Origin: Squalus acanthias
Taxonomy: Eukaryota
Reading direction: 5' to 3'
Assembly: GCA_030390025.1 (NCBI GenBank)
Contig: CM059432.1
Location: 74,464,001-74,528,000, forward strand
Length of the DNA: 64,000 bases
Each line of letters opens with the position of its first letter. Positions within the stretch are counted from its first letter, which is position 1. The translations under genes were made by a program, and so were the position numbers. Positions 35,525-49,140 of the stretch are shown one piece after another. The notes beneath the pieces were generated by a model. The model ran no database searches and was not told the origin of the DNA. It saw only the letters and a list, made by a program, of their open reading frames with translations.

Positions 35525-38440
35525 CAGCAAGTGACTTCTAAAAGGCCAAAACTAAAGGCTCTGCATCTGAATGCACGTAGCATTCGAAACAAAACAGATG
35601 AACTGATAGCACAAATAGAAATAAATAAATATGATCTGATAGCCATTACAGAAACATGGCTGCAGGATGACACAGATATTGAAGGGTACATGACATTTAG
35701 GAAGGACAGGAAGGTGGGAAAAGGTGGAGGAGTGGCTCTGTTAATTAATGATGGTATTAGCACAATAGAGAGGGATGACCTAAGTTCAGGAAACCAGGAT
35801 GTAGAAGCGGTTTGGGTAGAGATGAGAAATAATAAAGGCAAGAAGTCACTTGTGGGAGTGGTGTACAGGCCCCCTAACAGTAACCACATGGTAGGATGGA
35901 GTATAAAGGAAGAAATAATGGGAGCTTGTCAGAAGGGTACGGCAATAATCATGGGGGATTTTAATCTGCATATAGACTGGAAAAATCAGATGGGCAAAGG
36001 TAGCATAGATGAGGAGTTCATGGAATGTTTTCGGGATAGTTTCTTACAACAGCGCATTCTGGAGCCAACCAGAGAGCAGGCTATACTAGACCTGGTATTG
36101 TGCAACGAGATAGGATTAATTAATGACCTCATAGTGAAGGCGCCCCTAGGTAGCAGTGATCATCATATGATTGAATTTTACATTCAGTTTGAGAGAGAGA
36201 AGATTGGGTCCAAGACTAGTATTTTAAACTTAAATAAGGGCAATTATGAGGGCATGAAAGCAGAGCTAGCTAAAGTGCACTGGCAAATTAGGTTAAGGGA
36301 TAGGTCAATAGAGTTGCAGTGGCAGACATTTAAGGGGATATTTCAAAATACACAGAATATATACATTCCAACAAGAAAGAAAAATTCCAAGGGGAGGACC
36401 CACCATCCGTGGTTAACTAAAAAAGTTAAAGATAGTATTAAACTTAAAGAAAAAGCATATAATTGCGCAAAGATGGGTGGCAGGTCAGAAGATTGGACAG
36501 AATATAAAAAACAGCAAAGAATGTCTAAAAGATTAATAAGGAGAGAAAAATTAGAGTACGAGAGAAAGCTAGCTAGAAACATAAAAACAGATAGTAAGAG
36601 TTTCTATAGATATTTTAAAAAGAAAAGAGTTAACAAAGTGAGCGTTGGTCCTATAAAAAGTGAGTCTGGGGAATTAATAATGGAAAATAAGGAGATGGCA
36701 GTTGAATTGAACAGGTATTTTGCATCGGTCTTCACTATAGAGGATACAAGTAACATCCCAGAAATAGCTGTAAATCAGGAAATGGAAGGGAGGGAGGAAC
36801 TCAAGAAAATTATAATCACCAGGGAAATGGTACTGAGCAAATTGTTGGAGCTGCGGGCTGACAAGTCTCCGAGTCCTGATGGACTTCATCCTAGGGTCTT
36901 AAAAGAAGTGGCTAGTGAGATAGTTGATGCGTTGGTTTTAATTTTCCAAAATTCCCTAGATTCGGGGAAGGTTCCATTAGATTGGAAAATAGCGAATGTA
37001 ACTCCTTTATTCAAAAAGGGAGGAAGACAGAAAGCAGGAAACTACAGGCCAGTTAGCTTAACATCTGTCATAGGGAAGATGTTAGAAGCTATTATTAAAG
37101 ACATTATAGCAGGGCACTTGGAAATGTTCAAAGTAATCAAGCAGAGTCAACATGGTTTTGTGCAAGGGAAATCATGTTTAACCAGTTTATTGGAGTTCTT
37201 TGAGGAAGTAACATGTGCTGTGGATAAAGGGGAACCGGTGGATGTACTGTACTTCGATTTCCAGAAGGCATTTGATAAGGTGCCACATCAAAGGTTATTG
37301 CGGAAAATAAAAGTTCATGGTGTAGGGGGTAACATATTGGCATGGATAGAAGATTGGCTAGCTAACAGGAAACAGAGAGTAGGCATAAATGGGTCATTTT
37401 CTGATTGGCAAGATGTAACGAGTGGTGTGCCACAGGGATCAGTGCTGGGGCCTCAACTTTTTACAATTTATATAAATGACTTGGATGAAGGGACCGAAGG
37501 TATGGTTGCTAAATTTGCTGATGACACAAAGATAGGTAGGAAAGTAAATTGTGAAGAGGACATAAGGAAACTACAAAGGGATATAGATAGGTTAAGTGAG
37601 TGGGCAAAGATCTGGCAAATGGAGTATAATGTGGAAAAATGTGAAGTTGTCCATTTTGGCAGGAAGAATAAAAAAGAAGCATATTATCTAAATGGTGAGA
37701 GATTGCAGAGCTCTGAGATGCATAGGGATCTGGGTGTCCTAGTGCATGAATCGCAAAAGGTTACTATGCAGGTACAGCAAGTAATTAGGAAAGCTAATAG
37801 AATGTTATCGTTTATTGTGAGGGGAATTGAATACAAAAGTAGGGAGGTTATGCTTCAGTTATACAGGGCATTGGTGAGACCACATCTGGAGAACTGTGTA
37901 CAGTATTGGTCTCCTTATTTAGGGAAGGATGTAAATGCATTGGAAGCAGTTCAGAGAAGGTTTACTAGACTAATACCTGGAATGGGCGGGTTGTCTTATG
38001 AGGAAAGGTTGGACAGGCTAGGCTTGTATCTGCTGGAGTTTAGAAGAGTAAGAGGTGACTTGATTGAAACATATAAGATCCTGAGGGGTCTGGACAGGGT
38101 GGATGTGGAGAGAATGTTTCCTCTTGTGGGAGAATCTAGAATTAGGGGTCACTGTTTAAAAATAAGGGGTCGCCCATTTAAGACAGAGATGAGGAGACAT
38201 TTTTTCTCACAGAGGGTCGTGAGTCTTTGGAACTCTCTTCCTCAGAGGGCGGTGGAAGCAGAGTCTTTGAATATTTTTAAGGCAGAGGTAGATAGATTCT
38301 TGGTAAGCAAAGGGGTGAAAAGTTATCGGGGGTAGGCGGGAATGTGGAGTAATCGGATCAGCCATGATCTTATTGAATGGCGGAGCAGGCTCGAAGGGCC
38401 GAGTGGCCTACTCCTGCTCCTAATTCATATGTTCGTATGT
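35525..38440 (+). mobile_element. CR1 LINE, 5'-truncated just upstream of ORF2
   Basis: Full EN-RT frame plus 3' UTR GGAGCAGGCTCGAAGGGCCGAGTGGCCTACTCCTGCTCC and (TATGTTC)-type tail. Confidence 0.95.
35531..38335 (+). CDS. CR1 ORF2: APE endonuclease + reverse transcriptase (uninterrupted 934 codons, GTG start)
   Basis: [50 protein letters not shown]; no stops. Confidence 0.9.
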   Translation: MTSKRPKLKALHLNARSIRNKTDELIAQIEINKYDLIAITETWLQDDTDIEGYMTFRKDRKVGKGGGVALLINDGISTIERDDLSSGNQDVEAVWVEMRNNKGKKSLVGVVYRPPNSNHMVGWSIKEEIMGACQKGTAIIMGDFNLHIDWKNQMGKGSIDEEFMECFRDSFLQQRILEPTREQAILDLVLCNEIGLINDLIVKAPLGSSDHHMIEFYIQFEREKIGSKTSILNLNKGNYEGMKAELAKVHWQIRLRDRSIELQWQTFKGIFQNTQNIYIPTRKKNSKGRTHHPWLTKKVKDSIKLKEKAYNCAKMGGRSEDWTEYKKQQRMSKRLIRREKLEYERKLARNIKTDSKSFYRYFKKKRVNKVSVGPIKSESGELIMENKEMAVELNRYFASVFTIEDTSNIPEIAVNQEMEGREELKKIIITREMVLSKLLELRADKSPSPDGLHPRVLKEVASEIVDALVLIFQNSLDSGKVPLDWKIANVTPLFKKGGRQKAGNYRPVSLTSVIGKMLEAIIKDIIAGHLEMFKVIKQSQHGFVQGKSCLTSLLEFFEEVTCAVDKGEPVDVLYFDFQKAFDKVPHQRLLRKIKVHGVGGNILAWIEDWLANRKQRVGINGSFSDWQDVTSGVPQGSVLGPQLFTIYINDLDEGTEGMVAKFADDTKIGRKVNCEEDIRKLQRDIDRLSEWAKIWQMEYNVEKCEVVHFGRKNKKEAYYLNGERLQSSEMHRDLGVLVHESQKVTMQVQQVIRKANRMLSFIVRGIEYKSREVMLQLYRALVRPHLENCVQYWSPYLGKDVNALEAVQRRFTRLIPGMGGLSYEERLDRLGLYLLEFRRVRGDLIETYKILRGLDRVDVERMFPLVGESRIRGHCLKIRGRPFKTEMRRHFFSQRVVSLWNSLPQRAVEAESLNIFKAEVDRFLVSKGVKSYRG

Positions 38441-38742
38441 AGCAGTTAGCTTAACTCTGAGGGGCAATATACAATCTTGACAAAGGTAATGTTTTAAAAT
38501 GCTTTCAGATGCTTCCACACTTATCTTGGCAGTCGTGCATAGGCCAAAACAATTTCTTCCTCACCTGCTCCCAAGCTTCTGACACTGCATTGATGTACTC
38601 TGTCACCCCATTCATGCTGCTCTTTATTGCAAACTGGTCCTCTCTTCCAAACAGAACTACTCTTTCCTACAGTACCTCCAAAGTCTGGCTACTGAATGGG
38701 GCTACTCTGCCTCCAAACATTTTTGCAGCCTTAAAAGATGTA

Positions 38743-41056
38743 GGCCTAGAAATCCGATCAGGCCCGGAAATGGCCGGTGCCACCGCGGGCCGAGGTAAAT
38801 GGCTGCCCACAAAATGAGCGCAGGCAGCACTAGTATTTTGGTGCTGCCTGCTGATTTAAATGATCGGAGCGCAAAACCTACTGTGTAACGTGCTGTTTCT
38901 GGCGGTAGTCTCAGCAGAAGGCCCAATGTAGCGTGGCCATAGCGTCCCTGGAGCGAGGCAGCATTGTCTTAAAGCTAGACTGTCATTTTAGAAAGCACTG
39001 TCAAGCCCTTAAAGGGGAACTACCTTCTAAAATAAATAAATAAAAATCATTTAAAGATAGGCAGTCTCTAGCCCTTAGAGCTCAACTGTGTAATGAAAAT
39101 AAACCTTTATAAATGAAGCTGAACTGCTTCTGCACGTAAAAAAATGGTAAAAGTGCTTCTGCACGAACAAAAATGGCTCAATAGCCAGGGAAGGGGCACC
39201 CAAGATCTCGCAGACAGCCCTCCAGCTTTGTGCAGGGGGTCAACACTGCAAGAGAGGTCCTCTACCCACAGGAGGCCCTCCAGAAAAAATGATGTGGAAC
39301 CACATCACCAAGGCTGTCACTGCCAGCAGTGTCACCACCCCAGGACCTAGCTGTAGTGCCCAAAGAAGTTTCATGACCTCAGACCTGTGATCAAGGTCAG
39401 TGAATGCATCTTCAAAAGCCATCTCCTACCAACTGCACCACTAGCTTCATACACTGCTCAATGTATGACTCCCCCCGTGCCCCCCCATCACTCACCTACC
39501 AACAATCTGTACCAAACACGAGGCACACCTCACATTCCTAACTTCATCTCACCCCCTTGGCGGAGACGGTACTGGCCATTCTTGGCAGGGGCATGGCTGA
39601 GCCCTTGACCAGTGATGGGGCTGGAAGAATACAATATGCCGGTATCCTCATATGTTATCCTCCTTCTCCCATCCCACTTCCCCCTCATCCCACATTATCT
39701 TCTGATTTACAAGGTGCGCATGGAGTAAGGATGCACCTCTTGCTTTCCTGCCCTCCCCTCACCACAACCCTACCCTTGAGCCTTCCTCTTTTCAGACATC
39801 TAAGAAATGCAGCCTGCCCAGCCAGTGGTTGACCAAGAAGAGGGAGAGAGAGTGAAGAAGAAGAAGAAACACCATCACTCAATTTGACACTCCCAGCCAC
39901 CAGCTTCTTGACGTCGTCCTGCAAGGCCATCTGCAGTGTCCCCCACTGAAAGTCAGCAGCCTTCCAACAGCCATGCTACAGCCACTGGGGTAGCACTGCG
40001 TTACATCACTAGGATAGGCAAAGGCAGACACAAGACAGTCACTAAGGGAATGCACAAGGCTTATTAGTTGATTTCATGATGCATCTATGGATAAAGTTGG
40101 ATTGGGAAGTTTGCTTTGTGGTGGCTTTTATTTCAGCATTGTGGCCAAGAGGACACTGTGATGGTCAGTAACAGAGGGAAGGTAAGGTGTGGGACAAATG
40201 TTGAAAGAGGAATTGGGGTTGTGGTCACTGATACCATAGGCAGATGATTCATCCCAGATTTCCTGGCCAGAAAGGGGCTGTCTGGGTTACATCCTTCCTC
40301 CTGTGTCTTCCTCTTCTGCTTCCTCCTCTTCCCTCTGCTTGTCCCCTTTGCTGCCTCTGCTTCATCTCCATGTCCCTCCCAGGACTGTGAGCAAGTGGTC
40401 TTCTCAGAGGCAAAATACTACGGATACTGGAAACCTGAAATAAAAGCAGAAAATGCTGGAAATACTCAGCAGGTCAGCAGCATCTCACCCTGAGATGTGA
40501 ACTCTGTTTCTCTCTCCACAGATGCTGCCTGACCTGCTGAGTATTTGCAGCATTTTCTGTCTTCTCAGAGGTCTTCCTTTACCATCCAAAGCCTTGAAAG
40601 CATCCAGCAGAACTCCCAGCACTCCCTGCACACTTTAAAACCTTTTTAACTCTATTGCACCAAGTCACAACTTCAATAAAATATATAAAAAACAGTCCAA
40701 AAGCTGAAATCTAAATTTACCTGAAAGATGTGTGTGTCCCTTTAAGAAGCACTGACAGCGTCTCTGCAGGACTGCTTCACGCAGGCTATTCTATCCATAT
40801 TCAGGACACAGTGTTATGGAGAGCGAGAACGTCCAAATTAGCAGTCGTGGCATCAAATCAGGCGTTGCACGCCAATTGACATCACGATCTGCTTATTTAA
40901 ATTTGAGAGGTCAGCACTGTCAACGGCAGCGCTATGACCCTCACCAAAATGGCGGCCACCTTGTTCCGCGCCGAAAGTGGGCGGAAGCGAGGCGGCTGCA
41001 TTTTTACTACAAAATCGGCCTTAATGGCCGCTGTTAAAGCATTGATTTTTTAAGCC
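38743..41056. mobile_element. PIF/Harbinger transposon (family 2-related), heavily deleted
   Basis: TIRs GGCCTAGAAATC / GATTTTTTAAGCC; TSD GTA; Myb remnant CPKKFHDLRPVIK with donor at 39396; 39940-40150 homologous to 16980-17210. Confidence 0.8.
40411..40558. mobile_element. Penelope-like pLTR inverted pair
   Basis: Two pLTR pieces in inverted orientation; 13-bp TSD GTCTTCTCAGAGG (40398-410, 40559-571). Confidence 0.8.
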
Positions 41057-42426
41057 GTAGATGTTTAAGGGCAGGCAGCAGCCCTTTAAGATCTGCTGGT
41101 GAAGGAAATCCCACCTCACAATCTCAGTGCAGTCCCAGAGCATCATATGCTATGTGTGGGGTGCACCGGTAAAATATGTTAATGAGCTGACCTTGCATTA
41201 TTGGGTGAGGTCAGTCTCTTAAGATGTAGGCATTATAAGCCCACATTGCACTGATGAGACTGCATTTCAAAGCTCAGTTACTTACTAACTTTCTTGTTCA
41301 TGAATTTCTAAAATTTTAAGTCCAAACCATGTGGATGCACTTCATGAAGATACTTACAGATTTAGACCTGTTCTCAATCACAGTGATATCCCTGAACATG
41401 TGACTGGTTTGAGCAGTCTGCTCTTGAATGTCGCTAATAAGTTTATATTTATTTTGATTTTTCAGGAGAGCAAATATACTGGATAAACAGATTGAAATCA
41501 AAATGTAAAAATCATGGGCACTGCAGCTTTAAAAAGAAGACAGTTGTTGCATAGTCAAATCCTGGAAACCATGGAGACTAACAGACTGAAATGACTTGAA
41601 AAGCCCAGTGGGAGCCTGACAGTGACAAATGAATCATTAACAATACCTACAATAACCGAAAAAGAGTCAGTAGATCCATATGGGAGCTAGACACAGCATG
41701 CCTCATCAGCCTCTCAACAATTTCCCCACAACTGATGTCCAGATATTCTCTGACAGCCATTTTTCATGTCTGTCCCCTTTTAGTTGCCTCACTGCACTTC
41801 CTCCTTCAGCCAGAAAGTCAGGATGGTTGGAGGCGCGACTTTCTCCACAGCTGCCATCAATAAAGCTTTTTAATTGACCAACAAGAAGTGCACTTTTAAG
41901 GGCAGTGGCAGGAGCGGGCAGTTTTTCTTCCTGTTTGACATCTGTGCTGCGGCTGTTGCTGCTGAGTGACCCATCCAATGGCCTTGATGAAAGTTGTGAA
42001 ACTCACTAAAACAGGGTTACTGACTCTGGGTATCAGTTTAATCTGAGATTTGAACTTTAGCCTTCTGGTTGGGAATCTAACGCTTTACCATTGGAACAAC
42101 TGGTTCTGCTACTGGGTTGGTAAATGGAGCACTGACAAAACAAATATAGTCTGGAAATGAAATGTACAACAGCAACAAATGCACTAAAGGCACAGTAAAT
42201 ATTTATATTGGACTAAGCAGATCTAGTTTGCTACCTTCGCAATTATAATATTAAAAATAACAATTCTGAATGTTTTAGATTCGTGGAAGAACAGCTCCTG
42301 AGCCTGTCATTTTCTTTTACTTAATTGTATAGGACCTGCAAAAGGTAATTTTACTAGGTTGATTATTAATATTTCAATACATATAGTAAAACAAGAATTA
42401 ACAATAAAAGTTATAATAATTCTATA

Positions 42427-43145
42427 GGGCAGAAAATTGGACATTGTTGTGTCCATTTTACAAGTGTAAGACGGGCGGTATAAGGCCCAATTTTGGGGAC
42501 AAATATCCTGTGTCCCAAAGACACCTGAAAAACGTCCGAACTGAAATTGGGCCAGGCCATTTTTCAGGTGTTCCTGGCGGCCACCTAAAACGGAGCCTAA
42601 CGCCTGTAAATCACTGAATTGGTCTGTGATAAGCAGGGAAGGAGTCAGGTCTGCCCTACCCAGGATTCTGCTGCGGTGAGTTTTTAAAACAAAATTTATT
42701 TTAAATATTCTTGTGGAACCAGGAGGAGCAGGAGTACTCCTTCTGGCTCCATAGCCCTCCTGAGGGCGCTGCCGGCCTGCGATTAGCCCGCTCCCGATCT
42801 TCTTCCCTCCCCCGGTACTTACCTGAGGGCCGTTGCTGGTGAGTCAGGTGGCCCGAAATTTGAACCAGCAGAAGAGCAAGCTGCTTGTGGAGACGTCAAA
42901 GGCACCAGCAACTTGCTCAGATTATTTAGATCAGGCCCAAGGCCCAATTTCGCTTCAGGTTCAGGCACATGTCGTGGCTCCATCAATGCCATTGTGCTCA
43001 AGACTGGATGGCGAAGAAATTCAACTGGTATATCTCTTAATAGTTTATTGTACTCTTTAGGGGGGATTTTCAACATCCAGCTGCCTATTTCTCACCTGAA
43101 AAACAGGCGGCCAGCCACTAAAAATTGGGGAGGGCAATTGTAGGC
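42427..43145. mobile_element. Probable Harbinger-type non-autonomous element
   Basis: Left end GGGCAGAAAATTGG resembles the other TIRs; CpG-richer interior; right end and TSD uncertain. Confidence 0.45.
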
Positions 43146-43149
43146 AGAG

Positions 43150-44555
43150 CATCTCCAGCATTAGCTTCTCTTCCTGCCCCCATACCATTACCTCTGGAGA
43201 CCCACAAGGATCTATTTTTGGCCCCCTCCTATTTCTCATCTACATGCTACCCCTTGGCAACATAATCTGAAGACATGGGTTCAGCTTCCACATGTACGCT
43301 GATGATACCCAGCTTTATCCCTCCATCACCTCTCTCGACCCTTCAACTGCCACTGTATTGTCAGCCTACTTGTCTGACATCCAGTCCTGGATGAGCTGCA
43401 ATTTCCTCCAGTTAAACACTGGGAAGACCAAAGCCATCGTCTTTGGCCCCCACCACAAACTCTGTACCCATGCCACTGATTCTATCCCCCCCTCCCCGGC
43501 CACTGTCTTGGATTCAACCCTTGGTGTCCCATTTGACCCTAAGCTGAGATTCCAACTCCCTTATCTCCTCCATCACAAAGGTCGCTACTTCCACCTCAGT
43601 AACATTAAAAAAATGAATTCTCGGGATATGGGTGTCAATAGCAAGGCCAGCATTTATTGCCCATCCCTATTTTCCCTTGAGAAGGTGATGGTGAGTTTTC
43701 TTCTTGAACCGCTGCAGTCCGTGTGGTGAAGGTATTTCCAAAGTGCTGGTAGGTAGGGGTTCCAGGATTTTGACCAGCGACGATGAAGGATCGATGATAT
43801 ATGTTCAAGTCGGGATGGTGTGAATGGACAGGAACTTGAAGGTGATGGTGTTCCCATGGACCTTCTTCCCTTCTCCTTTTAGGTAGTGTAGGACACAGGT
43901 TTGATAGGTGCTGTCAAAGAAGCCTTGATGAGTTGCTACCATGCATCCTGTGGATTGTACACACTGCAGCCATGGTCTGCTGGTAGTGGAGGGAGCGGAT
44001 GTTTCAGGTGGTGGATGGGCTGCCGATTGCCCACCTGTCTCTGCCTGAGCCCAGCTGCTACTGAAACTCTCATCTATGCCTTTGTCATCTCCAGACGCGA
44101 CTATTCCAATGCTCTCCTGGCCGGCCTCCCATCCTCTGTACTCCGTAAACTTTAGCTTATTCAAAATTGTGCTGCCTGTATTCTATCCCGCACCAAGTCC
44201 TGCTCACTTATCCTTGCTGACCTATATTGTCTCTCGGACCCCCAATGCTTCCAATATAAAATTCTCATCCTCATGTTTAAATCCCTTCATGGCCTTGGCC
44301 CCCTCCTTTCACTCAACCAGTGGCAGCAGTGCCTTCAGCTGTCTTGGTTCCACGTGTTGTAATTCCCTCACTAAACCCCTCCATTTATCCACCCCTCTCT
44401 CCTCTTTTAGGACCCTCCTTAAAACCCACCTCTTTCACCAAGCTTTTGGCCACACCTCCAAATACCTCCTTCTTTGGCTTGTTGTCCATTTTTGTGAAGT
44501 GTCTTGGAATGTTTTTCTCCGTTAAAGGTGCCAAATGAATGCAAATTATTGTTGT
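43150..44555 (+). mobile_element. L2 LINE fragment (RT to 3' tail)
   Basis: PQGSIFGPLLFLIY, YADDTQLY, ETLIYAFVISRRDYSNALLAG; L2 tail ..GTTAAAGGTGC..AATGCAAATTATTGTTG. Confidence 0.9.
43606..44035 (-). mobile_element. 5'-truncated copy of the tRNA-headed LINE inside L2
   Basis: Reverse complement of ~9545-9975. Confidence 0.85.
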
Positions 44556-44879
44556 AAATATTTTGCATAAGTTTTTGCAAACGATGGTGAAAGTGAGAAT
44601 GTAGATTTACTAGAGGAGGATAATAGAACAATTCTGAGAGAAAACTAGAAAAGGAATTGATAAGCAAAGAGAGGGCATGAAAAAATATTGGCAAGTAAAA
44701 TCAAGGAAAACCTGAAGGTATTTTATAAATACATAAAGAGCAAGAGGATGACTAAGGAAAGAGTAGGGCCTATGAGAAACCAAAAAGGTAATCTGTGTGT
44801 GGAGGCGGAAGACATGGCTATGGTTCTTAATGAATACTTTGTGTCTGTCTTCACAAAAGAGGGGGACGATGCAGACATT

Positions 44880-45637
44880 GGCCTGTATTTTCCGATCGCA
44901 GGCCTCCCGCGAGTGGAGGGCCTGCGATCTGGAAAAATCTGCGCCCTTACCTGAGGGCTCCCGGGAGGCGCAGAGTTACGATGCTGGGCCTCTCCAAACT
45001 GCCGGTGTGCAGGGCCCACGTATCCCAGAGGCGCAGGTAGTTCACAGCGTCCCTAGGATCACGTGGGCCATGGGGAGCCAATCAAAGAAGGGACTCTCCC
45101 TTCATACATTTGACAGGTCTTCCTGTCAAATATATGAATGGAGATCACCCCCAAAACATAGTAAAACTTTAAATACATTTTAAAAAGAACATCACATTTT
45201 TAAAATGACTTGAAAGTACAATAAATTAACTATTTTAAACAAAACTTTAAATTTTTCAAAAAAATAATTAAAGTTTTTTACGGGTCTAAAAATAAACGTA
45301 CCTTTTCTTTAAAGTATTTTAAATGATAAATCAGTGGAAATTAAAAAAAAAAATTTTTCAACTCTTATCCTGGTAAAAGCAGGCCTTACGCCTGCTTTTA
45401 CCAGGCGCAAGAATTGTAAGGGTTTTCTGCGGGCGGAGGGTCTCCAAAAAGCGGAACTCTCTGCCCGCAGAGGCCCTTCGCCCGGGCAGCCGGAGGATCT
45501 GTCAAGAGCTTGCTTGACAGATCGGAAATGCCGGTTTCCAGCGCATGCGCAGTGCATGCCTGAAACTGGCATTTCCGATGTCCCTATGGGTGGGTACACA
45601 GCGCGTACACACCCATAGGGATAGGAATATCCGGCCC
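44880..45637. mobile_element. Non-autonomous Harbinger element nested in CR1
   Basis: Imperfect TIRs GGCCTGTATTTTCC / GGAATATCCGGCCC; TSD ATT; removing it restores DADIVVKEEE. Confidence 0.85.
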
Positions 45638-47315
45638 ATTGTAGTTAAGGAGGAGGAGTGTGAAATATTAGATGAGATAAACATAGTGAGAGAGGGTTTA
45701 GCATCTTTGAAAGTAGATAAATTGCCACGCCCGGGTGAAATGTATCCCAGGCTGTGAAGAGAAGCAAGGGAGGAAATAGCGGAAGCTCTTACCATCATTT
45801 TCCAATCCTCTCTGACTACAAGCATGGTGCTGGAGGACTGGAGGACTGCTAACGTTGTACCGTTATTTAAGAAGGGAGAAGGGATAGACCGAGTAATTAC
45901 ACGCAAGTCAGTCTAACCTTGATGGTGGGCAAATTATTGGAAAAATTTTGAGGGTCTGTATTAATCGTCATTTAGAAAGGCACAGATTAATCAAGGACAG
46001 TCAGCATAGATTGGTTAAGGGAAGGTTGTGTCTGACTAACTTGATTGAATTTTTTGAGGAGGTAACAAGGAGGGTCGATGGGGGTAGGGCATTTGATGTA
46101 GTCTACATGGATTTTAGCAAGGCTTTTGACAAGGTCCCACATGGCAGACTGGTCAGAAAAGTAAAAGCCCATGGGATCCAAGGGAAAGTGGCAAGTTGGA
46201 TCTAAAATTGCCTCAGTGGCAGGAAACAAAGGGTAATGGTCGACGGATGTTTTTGTTACTGGAAGGCTGTTTCCAGTGGGGTTCCGTAGGACTTAGTACT
46301 AGGTCCCTTGTTTTTTGTGGTATATATCAATGATTTAGATAGGGGGCATGATTAAGAAGTTTGCAGATGATACAAAAATTGTCTGTGTGGTTGATAGTGA
46401 AGAAGAAAGCTGTATACTGCAGGAAGATATCGATGGAATGTTCAAGTGGGCAGAAAAGTGGCAAATGGAATTCAATTTGGAGAAGTGTGAGGTAATGCAT
46501 TTGGGGAGGGCTAACAAGACAAGGGAATACACAATAAATACTGAAAAGTGCAGAGGAACAGAGATACCTTGGAGTTCATGTACACAGATCCCTGAAGGTG
46601 GCAGAACTGGTAGATAAGGAGGTTAAGAAAGCATATGGCATGTTTCCCTTTATTAGTTGAGGCATAGAACAGAAGAGCATGAGGAAATTCCCAGCGAGTA
46701 TTCCCTGAAAGTCTGTGAGTGCAGGTAGATAAAGCAATAAAAAGGCCAATAGATATTTGGGTTTTATAAATAGGGGCATAGAATACAAGAGAAAGCAGAA
46801 ATCAATGCGAGGATAGTCAGGCAGGGTCTACAACTGATGGGTGATCAGCAAGATTACTGCCGATGCGGTGTAGTTGAAAAATACCCCTGATTGATTAGGA
46901 CACAGTTAGAGTACTGCATGCAGTTTTGGGTGCCCTATTATAGAAAGGACATTAAAGCAGTACAACATAGATTTAGCAAGATGATGCCATGGTTGGCCTT
47001 GCCCTAAACTGCAACCCACTGACCCAGCCCTACACAGACACTATGGCCGGAAATTTTACCTGAACATTGGGGCGGGTGCGTGCGGGCCGCATAGTGGGTC
47101 CCCATCCTGAACTTTTTAATAGCGCATTTAACTCAATTACGTCAATTGAAACAGTCATGCGAGTTTCCCGGCCCAATTAAATGGAGCGGGTCTGCTGATG
47201 TCACTGATGACTCGTTTTCAGCACAGATATTTGTCGGTATAAGGTTGTTGTAGGAGAGAAAAAGGTATTTGGGAGAGGTAGAAATTGCTGGATATCACTG
47301 AGATTTGTGTGGGTC

Positions 47316-49140
47316 ATGGAGTCACACCGACAGAAGGCTGTGCCCACTTCACTGGTGCCTCCCTGGAAGTGCTGGTCCAGGGAGTCAGAACACGCAAGGA
47401 GGTCCTGTTCCCTGCGGATGGGCTCAAAAGAGCAGTCAGAGACACCAAGAGGGCATGGCTGGAGATCACGGAGGAGGTCCGTAGCAGATATGTCATAAAA
47501 CGGTCCTGAATCCTGTGCCGAAAACGATTCAGTGATCTCATGAGGTCAGGAAAGGTGAATGCAATGTCACATTCAACTACATCCTGAAGTGCCTGTCACC
47601 CCAACCCCATCACTCTGCCTTCCCAAGCCTACTCCTGCACATCACTCCTCACACCAACCTACCTTGCTAGGTGCACCTATCCCTCACTCTCTATGCACCT
47701 ACTCACATCCCCATCTGACTAACCACCACTGACACTCACCCTCATCCTAATGCAATCATAGGAAGTAACACCACAGAAAGAGGCCATTTGGCAATGTCAC
47801 TCCACTCCTTCATAGTCACCCTCTACAGCTGTAGCCCATCCATCACTCTCACTCAAAGTTCTTTTCTTTCCCTCCTTGCAGGAGAAGAGAGCCCGGAACA
47901 ACAGGGAGAGGCAACGAACCGGAGGTGACCCTCCAATGTTCACCAACTTGACTCCAGCAGAGGAGGAGGTACTTGAAATCACAGGAGTTGCAGAGCTGCT
48001 GGCAGTGGGAGACGGAGAGAGGGGGACCTCCCAGCAACCTGGTGACAGACTTAAATCTCATACATCACATGGCATACAGCAGTCACTCATGGTGACTTGA
48101 TGTCAACAGCCAGTGAAATGTCATCATGTGCATAATGGTAACTTTACACATTCTTATCATAAGATTTCTAATTCATCTCTTTACTCTCCCACAGCTCCAT
48201 CAAGCGCCCCCGCCCACCCCACTGTCTGGAGGAGGAAGATGACTCCTCAGAAGAGCCTCCAGTCTATGAGAGTGCACCGTCACCAGACCCATGCGCACCC
48301 AGCACCAGCGCAGATACTTGCACCTCTGTGGGTACAGCGAGACATAGAGTAGTGTTGTCACCTGGTGTCTCACAGATCACAAGTGAGCAAGAGCAGTTGG
48401 TGTTGACAGGGACAGCAGTGGAGACTCCTCGCCGGAGGGCGCAGGATGCTCCCAGCTCTGCCCAGCTGCATGCAGATGCTGAACCTCGGGTGCCATCGAT
48501 AAAGAGGGTGATCTTGGAGGAGCAGCAACAATTGCATGAGGCTCTGACAGCTTTTGGAGCCGCGATGTCTGCAAATGTGTAGAGAATGGAGGCATCCACC
48601 ATGTCGCAGGCGATGGCAACAATGTGCTGTTCCATGGAAAAGATGGCCACCTGCATGGAGCAGCAAATGCACCAGTCGAATGAGAACATGCTTGCGGTGG
48701 ACAACAGATGGGAGACGCTCACTACCCTCATCTCTAGAAGGGATACCAACCTAGACTTGGCCATTCATCACACCACTGATGTGCAGCAGGGTGCTCTCTA
48801 GCTCTTTGCTAGCAGGGAATTGCGGGTGGCCCATGAGAGGGATGATGATGAGATGGGACATGTAAGTAGGCCTCTTCTCAAAGCGCTCCCACTTCTCCCC
48901 CGTTGCCTCCCCCTCAGTCAGAGCCCCTCATGCTGCTTCGCATCACGATGGCCGAGTCTGCCCCGGCACAGTTGCAGGAGGAGCAGTCTTTGGCGGGTCC
49001 CTCACAGGCTCCAAAACCCAGAGGACGTCCACCAAAAGTGTCAAAGCAGTCGCAGCAGGGAAGTGAGCAGCCTGCCTCTACCTCTGCTGAAGCCACAGCA
49101 CCTCATAGAAGCACGCAGAAATGAAAAAAGACACAATCGT
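47316..49140 (+). pseudogene. Three-exon Harbinger Myb/SANT protein (exons 47316-47554, 47882-48041, 48195-~49140)
   Basis: FTGASLEVLVQGV..WLEITEEV..CRKRFSDLMRSGK | EKRARNNRERQRTGG; canonical GT-AG introns; stops and frameshifts. Confidence 0.85.
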
